A DNA stretch of 64,000 nt from Candidatus Enterousia sp. (GCA_045614145.1 JAZLCH010000007.1:5806-69805), one strand, 5' to 3'; shown: positions 47,564 through 57,192, counted from the stretch's first letter. Translations and numbers: made by a program. Notes: generated from the letters alone by a model not told the origin.

Positions 47564-48004
47564 GTGGTGGATTTTAATGCAACGTTGACCAAGTTTTTTG
47601 AGGAGATTATAAAGTATTTGGCAAAACGCGCCCAGAATGCAAAGACGCTGGAGATTAGGGATGATGTAATGGCTGCAATAACGGCTGTGCGCAGGGTTAT
47701 GGCAGATCCAAAGGGATTTGCGGATTATAATGTGCGTGTAAAAGCAGGATTGGAAGCCCATACTGTTGTTGATGGATTTATGGCAGGAACGCGTGATAAT
47801 TCAGTGTTTTTGCTGTATAACAGCGTTTTATGGGCAATTAATGATTTGTATAGCCCGTATGAATGGGAACGTGAACAGGCCCAGCAAAAGCTGTTGAACG
47901 CCAAAAAATCAATTGAATATAAAAATTCTACAAATTTATTGAAAAGTTTATACTATCCATTTTTGCCAGAAAAAATGTTTGCAGAAAAAGTAAAACAGAA
48001 ATAA
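47564..48004 (+). CDS. Hypothetical protein, 146 aa (GTG start); tandem paralogue of the next gene
   Basis: RBS AAAGGAGA 8 nt before the GTG. Own terminator. Weak similarity to the downstream ORF. Confidence 0.45.
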   Translation: MVDFNATLTKFFEEIIKYLAKRAQNAKTLEIRDDVMAAITAVRRVMADPKGFADYNVRVKAGLEAHTVVDGFMAGTRDNSVFLLYNSVLWAINDLYSPYEWEREQAQQKLLNAKKSIEYKNSTNLLKSLYYPFLPEKMFAEKVKQK

Positions 48005-48005
48005 A

Positions 48006-48030
48006 AAAACGCCCAATTGGGCGTTTCTTT
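48006..48030 (+). terminator. Terminator
   Basis: AACGCCCAATTGGGCGTT hairpin followed by TCTTT. Confidence 0.55.
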
Positions 48031-48065
48031 ATGTTATAATGTACATAGTTATAAAAGGAGTTTAT

Positions 48066-48518
48066 ATGAGTAATAATTTCTCAGATGCAGAGGTTTATCT
48101 GGCGATTAAGTCGGCATTTGGTGCATTAAAGGGGCTGGCAAAAAATTCTTTGAATAAGGCGGCATTGCCAAAAAGTCAGGCAATGGTAAAGAAATCAATG
48201 GAAAATATAGACTTTATCATTAAAAGACCGCGCGCCGCATTAGAGGCGTATCGTGATACAGGTGGAAAAAAATCTGTTTCTGATAAAATATTAGATGATG
48301 TCGAAGGAATATTGGGGGTGACGGCTGATCATGACCTGTATGTTCTATTCCATAATATTTCTGTGTATATTGATCATTGGTTTACAAATGGCAAAGATGA
48401 AAATAATGCAAAAAAGATTGTCGCAGAATCAAAGCGCTTGAATAATATGTTGGATTTGCAAAATTCAAATGCGATTGTGCGACCATTTAAAAAATTAGCC
48501 CAGATGTTCCAACGATAA
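48066..48518 (+). CDS. Hypothetical protein, 150 aa; tandem paralogue of the previous gene
   Basis: RBS AAAAGGAG. A TATAAT at 48035-48040. Own terminator. Confidence 0.45.
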   Translation: MSNNFSDAEVYLAIKSAFGALKGLAKNSLNKAALPKSQAMVKKSMENIDFIIKRPRAALEAYRDTGGKKSVSDKILDDVEGILGVTADHDLYVLFHNISVYIDHWFTNGKDENNAKKIVAESKRLNNMLDLQNSNAIVRPFKKLAQMFQR

Positions 48519-48547
48519 AAAACGCCCGTATGGGCGTTTTTCTTTTA
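48519..48547. terminator. Bidirectional terminator (also the serS 3' end)
   Basis: AACGCCCGTATGGGCGTT hairpin with T-runs on both strands. Confidence 0.65.
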
Positions 48548-49822
48548 ATGTTTGCCACCAATTTTTGTGCGTCCACCCATCAGTGGTTGCAGCTTCTTGG
48601 GGATGTTTACAGAACCGTCTGGGTTTTGGTGATTTTCAATTACTGGCACAATCGCGCGTGGCAGGGCGATTCCCGTGTTGTTCAGGGTTGCGCAGAACTG
48701 CATATTGCCATTTTTATCACGAAAGCGCGTGTTGGTGCGACGGGCCTGGAATTGGCCAATTGATGAACAAGACCCCAGTTCGCGGTATGCGCCTTCGCTG
48801 GGGAACCAGGCTTCGACATCGTTCATTTTTACTTTGTTAAAGCCCATGTCGCCGGTGCAGGCCGCAATAACGCGGTATGGTAATTCCAGATCTTCCATGA
48901 TTTCACACAGATTGTTTAACAGATGTTCATGCATTTCGTCTGACTGTTCAGGGGTGCAGTATATGTACTGTTCGACCTTGTTAAATTGGTGTATGCGCAC
49001 GATTCCGCGGGTGTCACGACCGGCGGCACCTGCTTCTTTGCGGAAACATGGTGAAAAACCCGCATATTTTATCGGCAGGTCTTTTTCGTTCAGGACTTCG
49101 TCACTGTGCAGGCAATTCAAGATGATTTCTGCGGTGCCTGCCAGGCAACGGTCTGTGTCTGTTAACATGAACACATCGTTTGACATAACAGATGGATCGG
49201 TGCCCATAAAGTGGCCTGCGTTAAATATTGTTTGTGGCTTGGTGATTGATGGACAGCTGACGAATGTAAAGCCTTTGCTTATTAATTTTTGTAAAACGTA
49301 TGTTTCAATCGCCAGTTCTAATTCGGCGGCTTCGCCAAACAGGGCATATGTGCGTGCGCCACAAATTGATGCGATTTTTTCAGGTTTCCACCATCCGTTC
49401 ATTTCCAATAAATCCCATTGGGGGCGTGGTGTGAAATCAAATTCACGCGGTGTGCCAACACGGCGAACTTCGACATTTTCGGTGTCGTCACGACCGATTG
49501 GTGCTGCGTCAGATGGAATTTGTGGTACGCGGTGTAGCAGGTCTGTTAATTGTTTTTCTTTTTCGTCCAGTTCCGCCATGTCGTTTGCGATTTCGTTTGC
49601 AATTGCCTTGGAGGCAGCAATCAATGGTGCCTTGTCTGTGGCGGTTGGAATTTCGCGTGTGATTTTGTTCTTTTCGGCGGTCTTGGACTGGGTGATTGTT
49701 TTTAATTCACGAACGCGCGCATCCAGTTCCAGAATCTGGTCGGTGTAATCTGTAAAGCCTTTTAATTCGCATGCACGTTTTACGGTATCTGGATTTTCAC
49801 GAATGAATTTTATATCAAGCAT
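48545..49822 (-). CDS. serS: Seryl-tRNA synthetase
   Basis: Class II aaRS motifs, N-terminal coiled-coil arm, 425 aa. Confidence 0.9.
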   Translation of the reverse strand: MLDIKFIRENPDTVKRACELKGFTDYTDQILELDARVRELKTITQSKTAEKNKITREIPTATDKAPLIAASKAIANEIANDMAELDEKEKQLTDLLHRVPQIPSDAAPIGRDDTENVEVRRVGTPREFDFTPRPQWDLLEMNGWWKPEKIASICGARTYALFGEAAELELAIETYVLQKLISKGFTFVSCPSITKPQTIFNAGHFMGTDPSVMSNDVFMLTDTDRCLAGTAEIILNCLHSDEVLNEKDLPIKYAGFSPCFRKEAGAAGRDTRGIVRIHQFNKVEQYIYCTPEQSDEMHEHLLNNLCEIMEDLELPYRVIAACTGDMGFNKVKMNDVEAWFPSEGAYRELGSCSSIGQFQARRTNTRFRDKNGNMQFCATLNNTGIALPRAIVPVIENHQNPDGSVNIPKKLQPLMGGRTKIGGKH

Positions 49823-50050
49823 AATGTCTTACCTTCTTTAATAATTAATATTTTTTTTGAAATTTTAAATTTAAAAATATCTGTGTGACAAATTATTCCC
49901 CCGACGGGGATGAAGTGTGACTGAAAAATGAAAATTTCATTGTCATATCGATTGGATTATAAATTAATCATATTTTAAATGCAACGATTTCATTTGCATA
50001 TTTTGTGTGTATTTTGTATCGTGTGGCCAAACAAGGAAAGGAAGGTTATC

Positions 50051-50950
50051 ATGTATGATGTAATTATTTTGGGTTCGGGTCCGGCAGGTTTGACCGCGGC
50101 ACTATATACGGCGCGTGCAAATAAAAAGACATTGGTCTTGGGCGGTGACAGATTGGGCGGTCAGACCGCGGGGATTGCTGTGTTGGAAAATTATCCGGGC
50201 TGGGCCGGCAGTGGTTTGGAATTGGCCCAGTTTATGCAAAAACAGTGTGAAACATTTGGTGCACAGGTGACATTTGTATCTGCCAGAAATGTTTCGGGTG
50301 ATGCAGAAAATGGATTTGTGGTTAGCTGTGATGATGGCTGTGAATTTACGGGGCGTACAGTCATTGTTGCAACTGGTGCGTCGCCACGAAAATTAGAAGT
50401 TGCCGGTGCACGTGAATTAATGGGGCGCGGTGTTTCGTATTGTGCAACGTGTGATGGGTTCTTTTATACTGGCAAGACAGTAATTGTTTTGGGTGGTGGA
50501 AACAGTGCGTTAAATGATGCATTGTACCTGGCCGATTTGGCAAAAACAGTTAAAATTGTTTATCGCAAAGATGCCTTTACCCGGGCCGAGGCCGTTTTGC
50601 GTGAACGCGTTGCGGCGCGCGATAATATAGAATGCCTGTTTAATACAGATTTGGCAAAAATTGCGGAAAAGCCAGATTCAGCAGATGGTGAATTAATTGT
50701 GACCACAACAGATGGTACAGAATTAGTTGTTGATGGTGTTTTTGTTGCAATTGGACACGAAGCCAATACAGACTTTTTAACCGAAGATATTGCACGTGAT
50801 GCGCTGGGGCGCTTGGTACCTGATGCGTTGCCGTCTGGGATGTTCGTTGCTGGTGATGTTCGCAGTGGGCTGAAGATGCAAATTGCCACTGCAGTGGGTA
50901 CAGGGTGTGAAGTGGGGATGGACGCTGTCGCATTTCTTAATAAAAATTAA
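50051..50950 (+). CDS. trxB: Thioredoxin reductase
   Basis: FAD-binding GSGPAG, redox-active CATCDG, NADPH-binding GGGNSA. The true start is the Met at 50051; the ORF-table start at 49979 is upstream. Confidence 0.85.
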   Translation: MYDVIILGSGPAGLTAALYTARANKKTLVLGGDRLGGQTAGIAVLENYPGWAGSGLELAQFMQKQCETFGAQVTFVSARNVSGDAENGFVVSCDDGCEFTGRTVIVATGASPRKLEVAGARELMGRGVSYCATCDGFFYTGKTVIVLGGGNSALNDALYLADLAKTVKIVYRKDAFTRAEAVLRERVAARDNIECLFNTDLAKIAEKPDSADGELIVTTTDGTELVVDGVFVAIGHEANTDFLTEDIARDALGRLVPDALPSGMFVAGDVRSGLKMQIATAVGTGCEVGMDAVAFLNKN

Positions 50951-50955
50951 ATCTA

Positions 50956-51142
50956 ATGGCATATCTATGAACGGTGCCGTCCCCTCATGTAGCGTGTGTA
51001 CACTACGGGGACGGCACTGTCCATATCTATACCATTATCTTTAATTTTGTTCCGCTGCGAGGTGTTGGGCGGGGCTCAGCATGTAGCGTTATGTACACTG
51101 CGCCAACGGATTTTAACATATCTAAACATTCTGATTTATTTA
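50956..51142 (+). repeat. Conserved-loop hairpin repeat element, copy C (two tandem units, directly 3' of trxB)
   Basis: Unit 1 stem ATGGCATATCTATGAACGGTGCCGTCCCC...GGGGACGGCACTGTCCATATCTATACCAT around CATGTAGCGTGTGTACACTACG. Unit 2 is GTTGGGCG...CATGTAGCGTTATGTACACTGCG...CGCCAAC plus the shared tail ATATCTAAACATTCTGATTTATTT. Confidence 0.75.
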
Positions 51143-51198
51143 AACGCCCTGCAAGGGGTTGGGGCCATATAATTTTTATTTTATTTTATTTGTTTTCG

Positions 51199-51207
51199 TG
51201 CTATAAT
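51199..51207 (+). promoter_or_regulatory. Extended -10 (TGcTATAAT) upstream of the secreted-protein operon
   Basis: gTGcTATAAT lies 28 nt upstream of the ATG at 51235. Confidence 0.4.
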
Positions 51208-51234
51208 GCTTTGTGTAAGTTTTGTGGGGGATAT

Positions 51235-52155
51235 ATGCGTATTTTTGTGATTGTGGTGTTGGTGTTATTGTCTGCCGGGGCATTTGCTGTGGGGGTGGAT
51301 GATGCGTTATTGATGGCGCAGAGAAATTGTGTTGGGATTTCTGGTGAATTATCAGATTTGAAAAAAATGGCAGGTATTGGTGCCGCTGTTAGTGGTGTTG
51401 GTGTGGCGACTGGCGGGGTTGCGCTGGGGGTTGGGATTGCCAAGACGAATGTTGATGAACTGTTGGAACAATTAAAACAGGAAGTTATAGAATTGTCTAA
51501 ATCTGCCCAGGATATACCGGTGTATCCCATTGATGTGGATTGGGCAGGTTTTGATGATGCGATTGCTGTATCGGATGTGGGTGGCCAGGTAGCCGTACAA
51601 AATAATTCAGAAGTGGAAAAATTAGAAAAAAAATCAAAAACATTGGGAAATGTTCGTACAGGAATGTTAGGGGCATCAACGGTGACAAATATTGTTGGGG
51701 CCGTTGTTGCAAATGAAAGTAAAGTTAAGGGTGATTTGCAGGAACAGATAAATTCATGTTTATCATCGGTAAAGGTGTTAGAACGTGAATATAACCAAGC
51801 CAGGATTTCGCGTTCTATATCAGAAGAACAATTGGCGTATGTTAAACGTGTCATAACAGAATGTGGTGAATGGCAAATGGTTGATGTGTCGGTTGTAAAT
51901 TCTGGGGCGCGTGGTGCGGTTGTCTCGTCAGGTGTTGCAGCGGGGGCAGGTGCAGTTGGTACTGTCACTAGTGCAATGGCAAATTCTGATTCAGATGGGG
52001 ATTATAAAAAAGAAAAGAATTTGAATGCGGTATCAAATGTTATGGCGGGTGGTGCGACTGTGGCCAGTGTTGCTGCAACAGTATTTAATGTAAAACAGAT
52101 GGATTCTGTTAAGAAGATTGTATCTGTTGCAGATAATTGTGAGGGGGCTTTTTAA
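51235..52155 (+). CDS. Secreted hypothetical protein, 306 aa, Gly/Ala/Val-rich
   Basis: Signal peptide MRIFVIVVLVLLSAGAFA at the internal Met. No recognisable domain. Confidence 0.5.
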   Translation: MRIFVIVVLVLLSAGAFAVGVDDALLMAQRNCVGISGELSDLKKMAGIGAAVSGVGVATGGVALGVGIAKTNVDELLEQLKQEVIELSKSAQDIPVYPIDVDWAGFDDAIAVSDVGGQVAVQNNSEVEKLEKKSKTLGNVRTGMLGASTVTNIVGAVVANESKVKGDLQEQINSCLSSVKVLEREYNQARISRSISEEQLAYVKRVITECGEWQMVDVSVVNSGARGAVVSSGVAAGAGAVGTVTSAMANSDSDGDYKKEKNLNAVSNVMAGGATVASVAATVFNVKQMDSVKKIVSVADNCEGAF

Positions 52156-52158
52156 AAA

Positions 52159-52938
52159 ATGAAAAGATTATTAGGAAGTTTTTGTTTTTTCTTGTTCTTG
52201 GCGGTTGGCGTTAGCAGGGGAGATGGATATATAGAAGCAGATAAATTAAAGTTTGATACGCGGTATCAGTGGAATTCTGCGGTGGTTGCTGCGGCATTTG
52301 CAGTGACCCCGATGGAGATTTCAGGTATGTTGGGAAGAAGTAATGTGACATTGATGCAGGTCAAGGATTATGAGCTTACATCAGATACAAGGCTGCTTTG
52401 GTCATGGACAAATGATGCAATTAATAATTTTGTAGATGGTATAGACGAAGATGATAAAATTTTAGCGCTGCAAAAGTATGAAGAGCTGTTGACTGTTTTT
52501 AAAAAAAGTGAATGGAAATTTTCCTTGTCTACGGCGTATAATGATTGTGTTAGAACTTTTCTGACTGTTGATTTGATGCCAGAAGATTCTGTTAAGAATT
52601 ATTGTGCAAAATTTGTGAAAAATATGGTTGTTGCTAATAATGAAATAGCCTCTGCAGGATATCAAACGGATGAACCGCTTGGGTTATGTAAAGAGATGGT
52701 GGCAAGTAATGGTCTGGGATATCCTGTGGTTTGTGGTGGGAAGTGTGCCGCGATAATTGGAGATGATGAATTGGGCCTGTATTATGGACAAGATGCAGTG
52801 TACACAAAAAAATTTAATGATATTTGTGATGGAAGTTTTGGTAGAGATAAGTTCTGGTATGTTTTTTGTAATGGGGCTGAATTTAGGAAATACAACTCAA
52901 AAGATGCTGCATTAGAAAATATTAATAGGGGTTGTTAG
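52159..52938 (+). CDS. Secreted Cys-rich hypothetical protein, 259 aa
   Basis: Signal peptide. About 12 Cys. 3-nt gap after the previous gene, so an operon. Confidence 0.5.
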   Translation: MKRLLGSFCFFLFLAVGVSRGDGYIEADKLKFDTRYQWNSAVVAAAFAVTPMEISGMLGRSNVTLMQVKDYELTSDTRLLWSWTNDAINNFVDGIDEDDKILALQKYEELLTVFKKSEWKFSLSTAYNDCVRTFLTVDLMPEDSVKNYCAKFVKNMVVANNEIASAGYQTDEPLGLCKEMVASNGLGYPVVCGGKCAAIIGDDELGLYYGQDAVYTKKFNDICDGSFGRDKFWYVFCNGAEFRKYNSKDAALENINRGC

Positions 52939-52941
52939 TAA

Positions 52942-52972
52942 AAAGCAGTGAACAATTCACTGCTTTTTTATT
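52942..52972. terminator. Bidirectional terminator
   Basis: GCAGTGAACAATTCACTGC hairpin with T-runs on both strands. Confidence 0.7.
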
Positions 52973-52976
52973 GTTA

Positions 52977-53921
52977 TTAAATTTTGTCTTCTGAACCCAT
53001 GATGTTGCGGATTTCATCAACGCAGATTTGTGTCATTGTTTGACGTGCAACAGATAAAAATTCGCGTGGGTTAAAGTTTTCGGGATTCTCAGATAATGAT
53101 TTGCGTGTTGCGGCGGTAAAGCCCAGGCGCAGGTCGCTGTCTACATTTATCTTACATATATTCATTTTTGTTGCATGGCGCAGTTGGATTTCATCAATGC
53201 CGCGTGCGCCAGATAATTTGCCACCAAATTCATTAATTGTTGTTATTAATTTTTGAGGGATGTTTGATGCGCCGTGCAATACCAACGGAAATCCAGGCAG
53301 GCGAACTGCGACGTCGGCCAATATGTCAAAGCGCAATTCTTGGTCGTCTTTTTTGCGTTTATAGGCGCCGTGGCTGGTGCCGATTGCAATTGCCAGGGAA
53401 TCAATGCCGGTTGCGTTTACAAATTTTTCAACATCTGCTGGATTGGTGTAACTGGAAAAATCGGATTGTGTGTTTTCGTCTTCAATTCCCGCCAGGACCC
53501 CCAGTTCTGCTTCGACCGATACATTATATTTATGGGCGTATTCTGCGACGCGCTGTGAAAGTTCTGTATTTTCGTCAAATGGTAATTTGCTGGCATCAAT
53601 CATGACGGATGAAAAGCCGATTTCAATCGCGTGTGCGCATGCGTCAAAGCTGGACCCGTGGTCCAAGTGCAGGGCGATTTTGTCGTCGGGCGAAATGTTT
53701 GCGCCACGAATCAGGCCGGTCAGCATATCTGCCCCCATATATTTTAATGCAGATTCTGATACAGCCAGTATTATTGGGCTGTGTGTGATGCGGGCTGCGT
53801 CCAGAATGGATTGCAGTGTTTCCATGTTATAAAAATTAAATGCAGGCACGGCATAGTTGCGTGCAATTGCATCGCGAAACATTTCATTAGTATTAACCAG
53901 CCCCAGTTCGGTGTATGTCAT
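52977..53921 (-). CDS. fba: Class II fructose-bisphosphate aldolase
   Basis: FbaA/tagatose-bisphosphate aldolase family: DHGSSFD, the GTSHGAYK zinc-binding region, LVLHGASN. 314 aa. Confidence 0.8.
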   Translation of the reverse strand: MTYTELGLVNTNEMFRDAIARNYAVPAFNFYNMETLQSILDAARITHSPIILAVSESALKYMGADMLTGLIRGANISPDDKIALHLDHGSSFDACAHAIEIGFSSVMIDASKLPFDENTELSQRVAEYAHKYNVSVEAELGVLAGIEDENTQSDFSSYTNPADVEKFVNATGIDSLAIAIGTSHGAYKRKKDDQELRFDILADVAVRLPGFPLVLHGASNIPQKLITTINEFGGKLSGARGIDEIQLRHATKMNICKINVDSDLRLGFTAATRKSLSENPENFNPREFLSVARQTMTQICVDEIRNIMGSEDKI

Positions 53922-54057
53922 CAGATTTCCTTTTTTCTTTGATTGAATTATAGCATGTTTTTTTGTTTTTTAATACAAAATCTTGACAGGACGCATATTT
54001 GTGCAACAATTATTGCGAATCGGGGGTTGGGCAGAGATAGGTATAAAGGTGTAACAG

Positions 54058-54408
54058 ATGAAAAAAACTTTATTTGCTTTGTTTGGTCTGGCGATTCTGA
54101 CGGGGTGTGCGGGCTATTATGATTATTACAAGGGTGGTGTTCGATATACCCAGGATGGTGAAGATTGCGTTTTCTATGCAGCGGAACGTGGGCGCCATTA
54201 TTCGGATGATATTCGCAAACTGGATACAGATAAAAAGATTGTTTATCGCAATACAATGTGTCGTGATTTGTATGCGCGCGACAATATGGGGGTTGCGTCA
54301 ACAAATGCACGCCAGATCTTGGTGCCGGCTGCAACGGTCGCAGATGCGCCAAAATGTAATGCCTGCAATAAATGCGCAACAAAAAAGAAATATGTTTTTG
54401 TAAAATAA
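54058..54408 (+). CDS. Small lipoprotein, 116 aa, hypothetical
   Basis: Lipobox LTGC. Cys-containing. Own terminator. Confidence 0.5.
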   Translation: MKKTLFALFGLAILTGCAGYYDYYKGGVRYTQDGEDCVFYAAERGRHYSDDIRKLDTDKKIVYRNTMCRDLYARDNMGVASTNARQILVPAATVADAPKCNACNKCATKKKYVFVK

Positions 54409-54410
54409 TA

Positions 54411-54437
54411 TATCCCGCGTAATGCGGGATTTTTTAT
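54411..54437 (+). terminator. Terminator
   Basis: ATCCCGCGTAATGCGGGAT hairpin followed by T6. Confidence 0.7.
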
Positions 54438-54503
54438 GCGTAATATAATTGCAAATTGATTTTTATGTGGTATTATTTTGTCAACAAAATAAGAGGATTA
54501 TAT

Positions 54504-55046
54504 ATGACACTAGAAGAAATTTCACCGGGCAAGCTGCCGCCAAAGCGCATGAATGCGATTATAGAAGTGCCAGAAAATGGTTATGTTAAATATGAAATTA
54601 ACAAAGAAACCGGTCTGTTAAAGGTGGACAGAATTTTGCATGCGCCAATGGCATATCCGGCGAACTATGGTTACTTTCCGGGTACATTGGGGGATGATGG
54701 TGACCCGTTGGATTGTGTTGTCGTTTGTAATGCGCCGCTGCGTCCCGGTGTTCTGATTGAGGTTCGACCAATCGGTGTTCTGTTGATGGAAGACCAGGCG
54801 GGGGGTGATGAAAAAATTATCTGTGTGCCGCTGGATAAAATCGACCCATTTTATACAAATACAGAATTTGTGGAACAGTTTCCATCAATTCTGCGTTCGA
54901 AAATTGAATATTTCTTTCAGCACTATAAAGATTTGCAGCCGAATGCGTGGTCCAAGATTTTGGGCTGGGCAGGCCGAGAGACGGCAGATAAACTAATCAT
55001 GGACAGTATTGATCGTTATTGGGCGCATAAGCGTGAAATGCAATAA
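54504..55046 (+). CDS. ppa: Inorganic pyrophosphatase
   Basis: Family I PPase motifs, including DGDPLD. RBS AAGAGGA upstream of the internal Met. The ORF-table start at 54456 is upstream. Confidence 0.85.
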   Translation: MTLEEISPGKLPPKRMNAIIEVPENGYVKYEINKETGLLKVDRILHAPMAYPANYGYFPGTLGDDGDPLDCVVVCNAPLRPGVLIEVRPIGVLLMEDQAGGDEKIICVPLDKIDPFYTNTEFVEQFPSILRSKIEYFFQHYKDLQPNAWSKILGWAGRETADKLIMDSIDRYWAHKREMQ

Positions 55047-55087
55047 TGATTCTAAAATTTTAACGAAAAACAAAAAGGGTATGAAAA

Positions 55088-55657
55088 ATGGCATCTTATA
55101 TTGCAAATGATATGCGTGTGGGTTGGGTGATTTCACATAATGGTAAACGTTATTCAGTAACATCGATTACCAAGGTAAAACCAGGTAAGGGTGGCGCGTT
55201 TGTTCAGGCGGATTTGCGTGATATCGATTCTGGTAACAAAGGTGGTGATCGCTGGCGTGCAGAAGACAAAGTTGAAAAATTGATGGTGGAAGATTTTGAT
55301 TGTCAGTATCTGTATGCGGATGGCACAGATGCGTTCTTTATGAATCTGTCAGATTATGAACAGTTTACAATGCCTGTTGAAACAATGGGTGATGCAATGA
55401 AATTCTTGGCGCCGGAAATGGTTGTTAAAGCAAACTTTGTAGAAGGACAGCCTGTGTCAATTTCCCTGCCTAAGACAGTAATTGCGACGGTTGAAGAGAC
55501 AGAACCGGCACTGAAAGGTCAGACGGTTTCGGGCAGTGGTGGAAAACCGGCTATCTTGGATAACGGTGTTCGCGTTCAGGTTCCAGTATTTATTGAACAG
55601 GGTGAAAAGATTGTGGTTAATACGGAAACCTTGGAATACGTAGAACGTGCGAAATAA
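55088..55657 (+). CDS. efp: Elongation factor P
   Basis: KPGKGGAF motif (Lys34 loop). 189 aa. Confidence 0.9.
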   Translation: MASYIANDMRVGWVISHNGKRYSVTSITKVKPGKGGAFVQADLRDIDSGNKGGDRWRAEDKVEKLMVEDFDCQYLYADGTDAFFMNLSDYEQFTMPVETMGDAMKFLAPEMVVKANFVEGQPVSISLPKTVIATVEETEPALKGQTVSGSGGKPAILDNGVRVQVPVFIEQGEKIVVNTETLEYVERAK

Positions 55658-55756
55658 ATTATAATAATTCATCTAAAAACAATTCGGGCATCTTATGTAG
55701 CGTCTGTACACTGCGATGCCCGAATTGTTTTTATCTAAATCATTCTAATTTATTTT
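55658..55756 (+). repeat. Conserved-loop hairpin repeat element, copy B (directly 3' of efp)
   Basis: Stem AAAAACAATTCGGGCATC...GATGCCCGAATTGTTTTT, with compensatory changes relative to copy A, around TTATGTAGCGTCTGTACACTGCG. The arms match copy A. Confidence 0.8.
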
Positions 55757-55810
55757 GTTCCCAGTCCTGGGTGGGTGATTATATTATTTGAAATGGGGCG
55801 TTTTTTGTGA

Positions 55811-55816
55811 TATAAT
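55811..55816 (+). promoter_or_regulatory. -10 element (TGaTATAAT) upstream of the VirB2-like gene
   Basis: Extended -10 lies 27 nt before the ATG at 55844. Confidence 0.35.
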
Positions 55817-55843
55817 CCTGTAAAAGGAATAAAGGGGTTTTGT

Positions 55844-56200
55844 ATGAAAAAATTGATTAAAAAATTAAATTTTGCAGTTATTGGTGTCATGGCATCTGCG
55901 CCTGCGATGGCTTTGGACGGTAATATGAAGGATGCCTTGTGCAAAATGGGTGAACAGTTTGGTGGTATTTTTGAAATTTTGCAAATTTTGGCCTTTGTTG
56001 GTGCGGGCGTGACAATCGCTGGATGGGCATGGGGCTATATTTCGGGCGGTAAAATTGATGCGATTAAGGAAGTAAAGGAAAAGGGTATTGCTATGTTGAT
56101 TGGCTTTTTCTTGCTGTTCGGTATTGGTACGGTACTAAGTATCTTTATGGGAATGGTCGGGGAAAATGGCGCCTTGGATTGTGTTTCAAAGTTCTTTTAA
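55844..56200 (+). CDS. VirB2/TrbC-like pilin (type IV secretion pilus subunit family), 118 aa
   Basis: Signal peptide ending AMA, followed by two hydrophobic helices separated by a short loop. The size is typical of VirB2/TrbC. Confidence 0.45.
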   Translation: MKKLIKKLNFAVIGVMASAPAMALDGNMKDALCKMGEQFGGIFEILQILAFVGAGVTIAGWAWGYISGGKIDAIKEVKEKGIAMLIGFFLLFGIGTVLSIFMGMVGENGALDCVSKFF

Positions 56201-56203
56201 AAA

Positions 56204-56230
56204 ATACGGGGCAACGCCCCGTTTTTTTAT
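56204..56230. terminator. Bidirectional terminator
   Basis: ACGGGGCAACGCCCCGT hairpin followed by T7. Confidence 0.7.
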
Positions 56231-56259
56231 TATTATGATTATATGTTGTATATATTTAT

Positions 56260-57192
56260 TTATCTTAATTTTTCAAATGCGTATTTGTTAATAAAATCCC
56301 GTTCGGTTTGCATTAGTTTTGATTGAACCTGGGGGGCGGAAATACGAAATATGTCATCTTCTGGTTGGATGTGCAGGTTTTTTATCATATTAATTCGGGC
56401 GCTGTCTAATTCCGTGAATATGATTTCCAGAATCTTTTTAGAATTAATTTGATGCGTATGGTTTATTTCTGCAATTGCATTTTTTAATGCCTGGGTGCGT
56501 GCGTATAATGTCGCAGCGCCCATATGGTCGGCCAGTGGTGTGTTATGTGATATGTAAAAATCATTTCGTTCGGCGATGTGTGATTTGCTGTGGTCGGCAA
56601 ACAAGGCAGCGCGGTTGATGCGTCTGAATTCATTAAAGTCTATTTTATTTTTGTGCGCGATTGCATTTATGATTTTTTCGCATTTTGCCAATTGTTGGCG
56701 CAGGGCCGGACGGGCAAACTGATAACACCATGAATTCATAGTTGCAAAATCCATGTGCGGGTCGATGATGCAGCTGATGAAATAAGTGCGTGAAAAAATC
56801 ATGTTTGGATTGTTGCGCGACATGCACCAACATGCATAGCGGGACAGTTTAAAGTCTTTGGCGCATTTAAAGTGATGATTGTCCAGTGTGTACGGGTGGT
56901 TTAGTTGTACGACATGGTCGTTGTAAAAATTAATGTTGGTTGGTGATAATTGTGGTGTGCCGCGTTTGGAATTTGATGTGCAGGGCATGACCAGGTTTTG
57001 CCATATGTGTGCGCTGAATGATGGTTGGGTTGGGAACGATGTTTCGCCGAATAAATTGTGCAGGTCGGAATAAAGCCAGCTGTCTGTGTTTGTGCTGTGT
57101 GGGTGTATTTCAGGAAATAGTGTTGGCGCAGCGCTGGGTGGCGCAATGCGTGTTTGATTTAGTGTTTTAAAGATTGTTTCTTTGTGTGGCAT
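56260..57192 (-). CDS. Hypothetical protein, 310 aa, His/Cys-containing, downstream of a ribbon-helix-helix (RHH) gene
   Basis: ORF 19 nt after the RHH gene on the same strand. No recognisable family. Confidence 0.5.
   Translation of the reverse strand: MPHKETIFKTLNQTRIAPPSAAPTLFPEIHPHSTNTDSWLYSDLHNLFGETSFPTQPSFSAHIWQNLVMPCTSNSKRGTPQLSPTNINFYNDHVVQLNHPYTLDNHHFKCAKDFKLSRYACWCMSRNNPNMIFSRTYFISCIIDPHMDFATMNSWCYQFARPALRQQLAKCEKIINAIAHKNKIDFNEFRRINRAALFADHSKSHIAERNDFYISHNTPLADHMGAATLYARTQALKNAIAEINHTHQINSKKILEIIFTELDSARINMIKNLHIQPEDDIFRISAPQVQSKLMQTERDFINKYAFEKLR

Noticed and set aside
48675-49748. 357-aa ORF on the + strand
   Set aside because: Antisense to serS. No RBS or recognisable domain.
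51201-51968. 255-aa ORF on the - strand
   Set aside because: Antisense to the secreted Gly/Ala-rich gene. Its own translation is a low-complexity T/P/A-rich shadow.
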